A stretch of DNA of 64,000 nt from Candidatus Limnocylindrales bacterium (lineage in GTDB: Bacteria; Chloroflexota; Limnocylindria; Limnocylindrales; CSP1-4): positions 50,881 through 114,880 of the forward strand of contig JBBQJL010000001.1 in NCBI GenBank assembly GCA_038325875.1, read 5' to 3'. The translations under genes were made by a program, and so were the position numbers. The notes beneath the pieces are model-generated. The model worked only from the letters and a program-made list of their open reading frames with translations. It had not been told where the DNA came from and searched no databases. Positions 47,721 to 64,000 of the stretch are shown piece by piece. Position 1 is the first letter of the stretch; each line of letters starts with the position of its first letter.

Positions 47721-48545
47721 GTGCGCCTGATCGACAGCCACGGGCACCTCCAGGCCGATCGCTTCCGGTCCGACGTCGACCAGGTCATCGGCGGTGCGCG
47801 TCTGGCCGGCGTCGAGCGGATCCTGGTGCCGGGCTGGGACCCCGACTCGTCGGGTGCCGCCCTCGACCTCGTTACCCGCTATCCGTGGCTCGATGCCGCC
47901 GTCGGCGTCCACCCCCACGATGCGGCGACCGTCAATGAGGCGGGCTGGGCGCGGGTGGCGAGCCTGGCCGTCGACCCGCGCGTCGTGGCCGTCGGCGAGA
48001 CTGGTCTTGACACGGACCGAGCCTTCTCACCACTGGCGGATCAGCAGGCGAATCTCCGGCGCAACCTCGCCCTCGCACTCGCGACCGGGAAGCCGGCGAT
48101 CGTCCACTGCCGATCGAAGGCGGGGGAGCGTGACGCCCAGGATCTGCTCGTCCGAGAGCTGCGCGCGGCTGGGTTCGGCGGTCCGGCGAGCCGGGCCGCC
48201 TTCGCCGACCGACCCCCGGCGGTCATCCACTCGTTCTCCGGCCCGGTCGACTACGCCGAGGTCGTCCTGGACCTCGGCCTCGCGATCTCATTCAGCGGCC
48301 TGGTCTTCCGGGCCGGCGAGGAGGCCAGTGCCGAGGTCGTCCGGATGGTCCCGATCGATCGTCTCCTGGTCGAGACGGATTCGCCCTTCCTGTCGCCACC
48401 GGGCGCGCCGCGCAAGCGGAATGAGCCCGAGTGGGTGTCCGTGACGGCCGGCTGGGTGGCCGACCGGCGCGCGGCTGCACCGGAACTGGTCGGAGACGGT
48501 CTGATCGACACCTACGACCGCATCTTCGTGCGTCACGACCGATGA
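47721..48545 (+). CDS. tatD: TatD-family metal-dependent hydrolase (deoxyribonuclease)
   Basis: GTG start. The protein reads VRLIDSHGHL...VAVGETGLD. metG-tatD adjacency is conserved. Confidence 0.85.
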   Translation: MRLIDSHGHLQADRFRSDVDQVIGGARLAGVERILVPGWDPDSSGAALDLVTRYPWLDAAVGVHPHDAATVNEAGWARVASLAVDPRVVAVGETGLDTDRAFSPLADQQANLRRNLALALATGKPAIVHCRSKAGERDAQDLLVRELRAAGFGGPASRAAFADRPPAVIHSFSGPVDYAEVVLDLGLAISFSGLVFRAGEEASAEVVRMVPIDRLLVETDSPFLSPPGAPRKRNEPEWVSVTAGWVADRRAAAPELVGDGLIDTYDRIFVRHDR

Positions 48546-49216
48546 AGACCGGTCGTCTATGGGGTATGCGCGTCCTCGTCATCCTGCTCGGCGCGATGCT
48601 CCTGAGCGCATGTTCGCCGACCGCCTCGACGGCGCCATCGGCGAGCACGACCGCCAGCCCCAGTCAGCCGGTCAGCCCGACGGCGACGCCAAGCCCAACG
48701 TCAGATCCCCCACCGAGCCCGGCTGCTGCGGCTACGCCCACACCGAGCCAGACGCCGACCGCGACGCCAGCCTTCGCGGCCTGCGCACTGCCCACCTGGC
48801 AAGGCAAGCTGCCGAGCGGTCGCCTCGTCGACGTCACGGTCGCAACGACTGCGACGGCCGACACGGTCGTGTTCAAGTTCGAGCCGGGTGGGGACAACCC
48901 CGGAACGCCGAGCGGCAGAGTGAGCCCTGCCAAGCCGCCGTTCTCCCAAAGCGGCAGCGGGCAGACGATCCCCGTCCTCGGCGATCAGTACCTCCAGGTC
49001 CGCTTCCAGAAGATGACCCTCGAAGACGCCGCCGGGCCCGTCTACACCGGCAAACACAACATCAAGCCCGGTTACCCCGCCCTCCGGCAGATCGTCAACG
49101 ACGACGAGTTCGAGGGCTACAGCGGCTGGATCGTCGGGATGACCAAGCCGACCTGCGTGACCATGGCCAATGACCCGACGGGGATGACCCTCACCCTCAC
49201 GATCGCCCATCCCTGA
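48542..49216 (+). CDS. Secreted lipoprotein with Ser/Thr/Pro-rich linker, unknown function
   Basis: Signal peptide with lipobox MRVLVILLGAMLLSAC, then an STP-rich segment, then a roughly 130-aa globular domain. The start is at either the ATG at 48542 (overlapping the tatD stop) or 48566. Confidence 0.6.
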   Translation: MKTGRLWGMRVLVILLGAMLLSACSPTASTAPSASTTASPSQPVSPTATPSPTSDPPPSPAAAATPTPSQTPTATPAFAACALPTWQGKLPSGRLVDVTVATTATADTVVFKFEPGGDNPGTPSGRVSPAKPPFSQSGSGQTIPVLGDQYLQVRFQKMTLEDAAGPVYTGKHNIKPGYPALRQIVNDDEFEGYSGWIVGMTKPTCVTMANDPTGMTLTLTIAHP

Positions 49217-49282
49217 CCGCCGGTCTCGCCTTCACTCGCTTGGGCCCTCGCCTTGACAGCGGCCGCCCGGCTGAGTACAGTT

Positions 49283-49309
49283 TTGGCACTCTCGCACCGA
49301 GAGTGCTAA
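49283..49309. promoter_or_regulatory. CIRCE operator (HrcA binding site) upstream of groES
   Basis: TTGGCACTC-N9-GAGTGCTAA, a perfect inverted repeat matching the CIRCE consensus TTAGCACTC-N9-GAGTGCTAA at 17 of 18 positions. Confidence 0.85.
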
Positions 49310-49461
49310 GCGAATCCGACCGCCGGGCCCGGAACGGGCTGCGGGCACGGTCCACGCGACGCACTCGGTCACATGGAACGGGTCATCCGCTCGCGTAGGC
49401 GCTCGGAGGCCCGACTTCGAAGGGTCGACGGCCGATGAGCCGTCACAGGAGGGATCGCACC

Positions 49462-51448
<1,987 letters not shown>

Positions 51449-51473
51449 TCCTCCGCACTCCGAACCACGACAC

Positions 51474-51500
51474 GAGGCCCGGGCGCGACGCCCGGGCCTC
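51474..51500 (+). terminator. Perfect 12-bp hairpin downstream of groEL
   Basis: GAGGCCCGGGCG-cga-CGCCCGGGCCTC, followed by GTCGATTC (weak U-run). Confidence 0.5.
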
Positions 51501-51638
51501 GTCGATTCAGACGGACACCGAGGCACGGCCAGGCAGGCACGAGGCGATGCTCGCTGGCAGCGTGGCCCCGAAGCCGTGGATCTACCCATCGGCCCCCGAG
51601 CTGCCGCCATTCGACGGGACCTGCGCCATACTCGATCC

Positions 51639-52571
51639 ATGCGTTACGTCGAGGTCGAAGGTCTCCGCGTTTCCCTGATCGGGCTGGGCACCTGGCAGTT
51701 CGGCTCCCGCGAGTGGGGCTACGGAGAGGCCTACGCTGCCGAAGTCGCTCCGGCGTTGGTGCGTCGTGCCGTGGAGCTCGGAATCACTCTCATCGACACC
51801 GCCGAGGGGTACGGGCCGGGACGATCGGAGCGGATCATCGGCGCCACGCTCGCGACGATGCCCGCGGTGGAGCGCGCCCGCCTGATCGTGGCGACGAAGT
51901 TCCTGCCGATCGCTCCAGCGGAGCCGATCCTCGCCTGGCAGGCGGCCGGCAGCCGGCGCCGGCTCGGTGTCGATGCACTCGACCTGTACTACGCCCACTG
52001 GCCGAACCCACTGGTGTCGCCGCATCGAGTGATGCAGGCGGTCCGTCCGCTCGTGGCGTCGGGCGTCGTGCGTCGGGTCGGGGTCAGCAACTACTCGCTG
52101 GACGGCTGGCGGGCGGCGGAGCGGGCGCTGCGGGCTCCAGTCGTCGCCAACCAGGTCCGGTTCAGCCTCGTCAGCCCCGGCCCCACCGAGGACCTCGTGC
52201 CGTACGCGGCCGCGATGGACCGCCTGGTCGTCGCCTACTCACCGCTCGGGCAGGGCCTGCTGACCGAGGCCGCGACGGGAACGGTCGGCTGGATGCGGGC
52301 GATGAACCCGTTGTTCCGGGCGAGCGGCCAACCCCGGATGGTCACGCTGATCGACGCGGTCCGCGAGGTCGCCGTCGGCCACCACGCCACGCCGGCCCAG
52401 GTCGCCCTGGCCTGGGTCCTCCATCACCCGAACACGGTCGCGATCCCGGGGGCCCGGACGATCGCGCAGCTCGAGGAGAACGCGGCCGCCGCCGACCTGG
52501 TGCTCACCGAGGCCGAGTTCGCGGTCCTGTCGGCAGAGGCGCTGTCGCTGGCGGCCGGCCGGCGACCATAG
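51639..52571 (+). CDS. Aldo/keto reductase family oxidoreductase
   Basis: ...GLGTWQFGS...IDTAEGYG...LDLYYAHWP...VGVSNYS..., typical AKR motifs. Confidence 0.8.
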   Translation: MRYVEVEGLRVSLIGLGTWQFGSREWGYGEAYAAEVAPALVRRAVELGITLIDTAEGYGPGRSERIIGATLATMPAVERARLIVATKFLPIAPAEPILAWQAAGSRRRLGVDALDLYYAHWPNPLVSPHRVMQAVRPLVASGVVRRVGVSNYSLDGWRAAERALRAPVVANQVRFSLVSPGPTEDLVPYAAAMDRLVVAYSPLGQGLLTEAATGTVGWMRAMNPLFRASGQPRMVTLIDAVREVAVGHHATPAQVALAWVLHHPNTVAIPGARTIAQLEENAAAADLVLTEAEFAVLSAEALSLAAGRRP

Positions 52572-52766
52572 CCGGATCAGTGGCGAATCCCCCTAGACTC
52601 GACGCCAGCGGTACCATCGGGCCAGAGACGACCGGAATGACGTGCCGCCACGCTGGCGCGGTGCCCGGCGTCACGCTCCGGGCGTCGAGAGACGTCCCAT
52701 GACGGACCCGGCGAAGCCGCCGGGCGCCACCACCCACTTCCATCGAACGAACGGAGAACCACCCGC

Positions 52767-53582
52767 ATGCCCCGTCGCCTCCTGATCCTGGTCGCCGTCG
52801 CGGCGACCTTCTTCCTGGCCGCTTGCGGCTCCTCGTCGGCCCCGGCGCTGACCGACCCGAAGGACATCCTCACCCACGCCACGTCCTCGCTGCAGGGCAT
52901 CAAGTCGGTCCATATCAAGGCCAGTCTGACCGGCAAGCTCGACCCCGGCTCATTGACCGGTGCCGGTGGCTCCGGCGGGGGCGCAACGCTCGATCTGAGC
53001 GGCTCGACGCTCGAGGGCGACATCGACATCGCCAAGAGCGAAGCCAAGCTGGCGATCGCAGCCCCGAATCTGTTCGGCTTCAGCGCCGACGTCATCGTCG
53101 ATAGCGGCACGCTCTACTTGAAGTCGAGCATGACCGGCGACAAGTATCAGAAGCTCGACACCTCGAAGCTGACGGCGGGTTTGCCGATTCCGAGCCTGCC
53201 GGTCAGCGCCTCGCCCGACCCCAGCGCCGCGGCGGCCATGATCGCCCAGCTCAAGACGGAGCTGGACAAGCTGCCCGCCCCGACGAAGCTCGCCGACGAG
53301 AAGGTCAACGGCGTCGACAGCAACCACGTCCAGATGAAGGTCGCGAACAGTGACGTGCCCCAGGCCAGCGGCCTGCCGGCCGGCACCGCGACCCTCGACA
53401 TCTGGACGAGCAAGACAGACTACCGACCCACCCGGATCGGCATCACCATCGACGGCGGCGCCGAGGGCAACCTGGCCCTCACGGTCGATCTGACCGCCTA
53501 CGACGCCGCGGTCGACATCGCACCGCCGCCCGCCGACCAGGTCAGCGATCAGCCCTTCGCGATCCCGGGCCTGACGCCGTAG
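52767..53582 (+). CDS. Lipoprotein of unknown function (possibly LppX/LprG-like lipid-binding family)
   Basis: MPRRLLILVAVAATFFLAACGSS with a lipobox, about 270 aa. The family assignment is tentative. Confidence 0.6.
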   Translation: MPRRLLILVAVAATFFLAACGSSSAPALTDPKDILTHATSSLQGIKSVHIKASLTGKLDPGSLTGAGGSGGGATLDLSGSTLEGDIDIAKSEAKLAIAAPNLFGFSADVIVDSGTLYLKSSMTGDKYQKLDTSKLTAGLPIPSLPVSASPDPSAAAAMIAQLKTELDKLPAPTKLADEKVNGVDSNHVQMKVANSDVPQASGLPAGTATLDIWTSKTDYRPTRIGITIDGGAEGNLALTVDLTAYDAAVDIAPPPADQVSDQPFAIPGLTP

Positions 53583-53607
53583 CGGCTGACTGTCCGGTCT
53601 GGATCAC

Positions 53608-53640
53608 GAAGCCCGCCCAGGTCGCCCGGGGCGGGCTTCG
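53608..53640 (+). terminator. Hairpin followed by a T-rich stretch after the lipoprotein gene
   Basis: GAAGCCCGCCC-aggtcgcccgg-GGCGGGCTTC, then GTCGTTCGTCTGTC. Confidence 0.4.
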
Positions 53641-53804
53641 TCGTTCGTCTGTCGGCAGCCGCCTATCCTGTGCAGTCGGGCGCACAGACACGAGCCAGAC
53701 TTGGGTGGGATGCGGCGCCCAGCGCACAGCGCCGCTCGATTCTCGCCTGCCCTTCGGAGGCGGTCGTTGATAGGCGGTGCAGGCGGCCGACCTACAATGG
53801 GGAC

Positions 53805-60965
<7,161 letters not shown>

Positions 60966-60991
60966 CAGGGTCGGTCGGCTATCATCGGGGG

Positions 60992-61288
60992 ATGGCCACG
61001 CTGTCTCACGACGAGGTCGCTCACGTCGCCCATCTCGCTCGCCTTGGGCTGTCCGAGGCGGAGCTCTCGCGCCTCGAGGGCCAGCTCAACCATATCCTCG
61101 AGCAGTACGCCAAGCTGGCCGAGCTCGACACCGATGCCATCGCGCCGACGGCCCAGACCATCGAGCTCGAGAACATCCTGCGCGACGACGTGGTCAGCCC
61201 GTCGCTGTCGGTCGAGGCGGCCCTGGCGAACGCGCCCGAGCGCCAGGGCGACTTCATCGTGGTCCCAGCCATCCTCAGCGGCGAATGA
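60992..61288 (+). CDS. gatC: Asp/Glu-tRNA amidotransferase subunit C
   Basis: MATLSHDEVAHVAHLARLGLSEAEL... about 98 aa, immediately upstream of gatA with ATGA overlap. Confidence 0.85.
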   Translation: MATLSHDEVAHVAHLARLGLSEAELSRLEGQLNHILEQYAKLAELDTDAIAPTAQTIELENILRDDVVSPSLSVEAALANAPERQGDFIVVPAILSGE

Positions 61289-62868
61289 CCGACCCGACGC
61301 GCCTCTACGCCCACGAGCTGGCGGCGCTGCTTCGGACCGGTGAGGCGAGCGCGCGCGAGGCTACGACCGCCGCCCTCGACGCGGCCGAGCGGGGCAACCG
61401 CGCGCTCAACGCCTGGCTGTCGATCGATCGCGAACGCGCCCTGGCCGAAGCCGACGCCGCCGACGCTCGCCTGGCCGCGGCCCGTCGAGACGGATCGGCC
61501 GCCGTGGAGGCGCTCCACCCGCTGCTCGGCGTGCCGGTCGCGCTCAAGGACCTCGTCTCGGTCAAGGGCGGTCAGTGCACCGCCGGTTCGCGCATCCTCG
61601 ACGGCTACCGCGCACCGTATGACGCTCATATCACCGAGCGTCTGCGCGACGTCGGGGCCGTCATCGTCGGCAAGACGAACATGGACGAGTTCGCCATGGG
61701 CTCGTCGACCGAGCACTCGGCGTTTGGCCCGACTGCCAACCCGTGGGATCTCGATCGCGTGCCGGGCGGTAGCAGCGGCGGCTCGGCCGCAGCGGTGGCC
61801 GCATTCCACGTTCCACTCGCCATCGGCACCGACACCGGTGGATCGATCCGCCAGCCGGCCGCCCTGACCGGCATCGTCGGGATGAAGCCGACCTACGGCC
61901 GGGTCAGCCGCTACGGGATCGTCGCGTTCGCCTCGTCGCTCGACCAGATCGGGCCGTTCGCCCGCGACGCGACCGACGCCGCCGCGCTCCTTCACGCGGT
62001 CGCCGGACGCGACGAGCGCGACTCGACCTCGGCCCCGACGACGGTGCCCGATGAGCTGCTCCGCCTGCCGGCGTCCGACGATGAAGCCGCCGCCGGGCTG
62101 CGCGGTAAGCGGCTCGGTCTTCCGAAGGAGTACTTCGTGGCGGGCATGGAGCCCGGCACGGAAGCGCGGGTCCGCGCGGCGGTCGCGCTGCTCGAGTCCG
62201 CCGGGGCGATCGTCGAAGAGGTCAGCCTGCCGCACACGGATTACGGCCTGGCGACCTACTACATCGTGGCCCCGGCCGAGGCGTCGGCCAACCTGGCTCG
62301 CTACGACGGGATCCGCTACGGACCGGCAGCGCGTGACGGCGACATCCTGGCCAACTACCTGGCGACCCGCGGTACCGGCTTCGGCGACGAGGTCAAGCGG
62401 CGGATCATGCTCGGGACGTACGCCCTGTCGGCCGGCTACTACGACGCGTTCTATCTCAAGGCGCAGAAGGTGCGGACCCTGATCAAGGCCGATTTCGATG
62501 CGGTCTGGGCGGCTGGCTTCGACGCGATCGTGGCGCCGACCAGCCCCGGGGTCGCGTTCCGCCTCGGGGCGAAGCTGGACGACCCGGTGGCGATGTACCT
62601 GAACGACGCCTGCACTCTGCCGGTCAACATGGCCGGTCTGCCGGGCGTGTCGATCCCGTGCGGTCTGGCCGACGGCCTGCCGGTCGGACTGCAGCTCATC
62701 GGGGCGCCGTGGACGGAGCTCGAGCTGCTCCGCCTGGCCCGGGGCTACGAGGCGCTGACCGCCGACGCCGACTGGCGTTCGCTCGAGCCGACGGACCTCG
62801 GCCGAAGCACGGACGCCGCCGTTCCGACGCCAGCCGAACGGGCGGCTGCCGCGCGCCGGCCGAGCTGA
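61285..62868 (+). CDS. gatA: Asp/Glu-tRNA amidotransferase subunit A
   Basis: Amidase signature: GKTNMDEFAMGSSTEHSAFGPTANPWD...GGSSGGSAAAVAA. Confidence 0.9.
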   Translation: MTDPTRLYAHELAALLRTGEASAREATTAALDAAERGNRALNAWLSIDRERALAEADAADARLAAARRDGSAAVEALHPLLGVPVALKDLVSVKGGQCTAGSRILDGYRAPYDAHITERLRDVGAVIVGKTNMDEFAMGSSTEHSAFGPTANPWDLDRVPGGSSGGSAAAVAAFHVPLAIGTDTGGSIRQPAALTGIVGMKPTYGRVSRYGIVAFASSLDQIGPFARDATDAAALLHAVAGRDERDSTSAPTTVPDELLRLPASDDEAAAGLRGKRLGLPKEYFVAGMEPGTEARVRAAVALLESAGAIVEEVSLPHTDYGLATYYIVAPAEASANLARYDGIRYGPAARDGDILANYLATRGTGFGDEVKRRIMLGTYALSAGYYDAFYLKAQKVRTLIKADFDAVWAAGFDAIVAPTSPGVAFRLGAKLDDPVAMYLNDACTLPVNMAGLPGVSIPCGLADGLPVGLQLIGAPWTELELLRLARGYEALTADADWRSLEPTDLGRSTDAAVPTPAERAAAARRPS

Positions 62869-62890
62869 AGCTGGCGATCGACGGACACGC

Positions 62891-63625
62891 CTAGGTCTCG
62901 CGGGTGAGGCCGTGCTCGACGGCGTAGGTGGTCAGCGCCCGGATGCCGTGGATACCGAGCTTCTCGGAGAGGTTGGCGACGTGGCGCCGCACCGTGTGGA
63001 CGCTGATCCCGAGGATCCGTCCGACCTCGGACGGCGAGCGGCCGCCAGCGAGGAGGCTGAGGATCTCCCGTTCGCGGACGCTCAATTGCTGCCCGCTCCG
63101 GGCCAGGCGGATCGAGTCATCGACGATCGCGCCAGCGACGCTGCTGTGAAGATAGACCTCGCCCCGCGAGACGGCCCGGATCGCTTCGAACAGGTCGCGT
63201 GAGCGGGCGCCCTTGACGACGTAGCCGGAGGCTCCGGCCAAGAGGGCTTGACGGACCGATTCCGAACCGCGGTCCATGGTCACGATGACGACCCGGAGAC
63301 CTGGGTACCGGCTGCGCAGTGCGCGCAGGAGGGGCAGGCCGTCGCCTTCGGGGAAGGTCAAGTCGAGCAGGAGCACGTCGGGCCGGGTGGCCGCCACGAG
63401 CTCGAACGCCTCCTCGTGAGTGGTCGCCTCGCCGACGACCTCGAAGCCCTTGTCATCGCCGAGGACCAGGCGCAGCCCCTCGCGGACCAGCTGGTGGTCG
63501 TCGACCAGACCGACCCTGATCTGAACGGGTTGGCGCCGGAACGGGGGGCCCCCGCCCGGATCGGGTCGTCCGGCTGGCACGGGGTCCTCGGTCCGCGGGC
63601 CGTCCGCGCCGGTCAACTCGTCCAT
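62891..63625 (-). CDS. Two-component response regulator, NarL/FixJ (LuxR HTH) family
   Basis: Receiver domain (VGLVDDHQLVREGL...DVLLLDLTFPEGDG) plus a LuxR HTH (LSVREREILSLLAGGRSPSEVGRILGISVHTVRRHV). The true start may be an internal start at VQIRVGLVDD rather than the Met at 63625. Confidence 0.8.
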   Translation of the reverse strand: MDELTGADGPRTEDPVPAGRPDPGGGPPFRRQPVQIRVGLVDDHQLVREGLRLVLGDDKGFEVVGEATTHEEAFELVAATRPDVLLLDLTFPEGDGLPLLRALRSRYPGLRVVIVTMDRGSESVRQALLAGASGYVVKGARSRDLFEAIRAVSRGEVYLHSSVAGAIVDDSIRLARSGQQLSVREREILSLLAGGRSPSEVGRILGISVHTVRRHVANLSEKLGIHGIRALTTYAVEHGLTRET

Positions 63626-64000
63626 CGGAGCGCACCCTGGGCATCCTGGACCATGACCTCTCGGGCGTCGATCGCCGGGGTCGGGGTCTCGACGGGCATC
63701 TGCAGGTCGACCACGGTACCCATCCCGGGCTGTGATCGGACTTCCAGGCGTCCCCCCAGGATGGTCGCCCGCTCCTGCATCCCGACAAGTCCCAGCCCGA
63801 CGGGGGTGGTGGCCATGTCGAAGCCGTCGCCATGGTCGCCGACGGCGATCGTGACGAGTCCATCGTCGACCACAGCGTCGATCCAGACATCGGTCGCGTG
63901 GCTGTGCCGAGCGGCGTTGCTGACCGCCTCCTGGACGATCCGGTAGGCGTCGATCTCGCGTTCACGGTCGACCATTCCCGGTGGCAGGATCGACGGCCTG
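63613..64000 (-). CDS. Sensor histidine kinase, C-terminal HATPase domain; 5' end beyond the window
   Basis: ...YRIVQEAVSNAARHSHAT...DHGDGFD...GLGLVGMQERA..., a HisKA_3/HATPase_c-type domain. Its stop overlaps the response-regulator start. Confidence 0.7.
   Translation of the reverse strand, partial: RPSILPPGMVDREREIDAYRIVQEAVSNAARHSHATDVWIDAVVDDGLVTIAVGDHGDGFDMATTPVGLGLVGMQERATILGGRLEVRSQPGMGTVVDLQMPVETPTPAIDAREVMVQDAQGALRWTS

Overview
This is a high-GC (roughly 70%) chromosomal segment. Its gene content and synteny suggest an actinobacterial-type organism: frequent GTG/TTG starts, ligA-gatCA neighbourhood, CIRCE-groES-groEL, and a GroEL with a Gly/Met tail. The window is almost entirely + strand and coding.

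The order of features I could support is:
- Glycine cleavage genes gcvPA (5'-truncated) and gcvPB.
- An ECF sigma factor with a zinc anti-sigma factor overlapping its stop.
- Two complete, paralogous Dpp/Opp-type peptide ABC transporter operons (SBP-permease-permease-ATPase-ATPase) in tandem.
- A carbon-nitrogen hydrolase and an NH3-type NadE as separate overlapping genes, then rsmI.
- A minus-strand DUF2029-like membrane protein, a SAM methyltransferase, and a stand-alone SSB paralog on the minus strand.
- An ~860-bp AT-richer non-coding region.
- A third peptide-ABC-like cluster that has no ATPase genes (permease C, SBP, permease B). It is followed by a DUF1028 Ntn-hydrolase that is translationally coupled to a 1062-aa zinc-ribbon / class III nucleotidyl cyclase / STAND-ATPase / TPR protein. 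This is the most unusual locus in the window.
- A 10-gene purine supra-operon, purA-D-B-C-S-Q-L-F-M-(purN::purH fusion), with stop/start overlaps at nearly every junction. It is preceded by a 458-bp leader carrying a terminator-like hairpin.
- An Ala-rich repeat protein, metG-tatD, and a lipoprotein.
- CIRCE-groES-groEL, an aldo/keto reductase, and a second lipoprotein.
- pcrA with an unusual N-terminal extension, an FMN-dependent hydroxyacid dehydrogenase overlapping ligA (which contains a 3x15-bp tandem repeat), a convergent GNAT, and gatC-gatA.
- The end of a minus-strand histidine kinase / LuxR-type response regulator pair.

I found no transposases, integrases or CRISPR arrays. The many long antisense or alternate-frame ORFs in the six-frame track are GC-driven artefacts.
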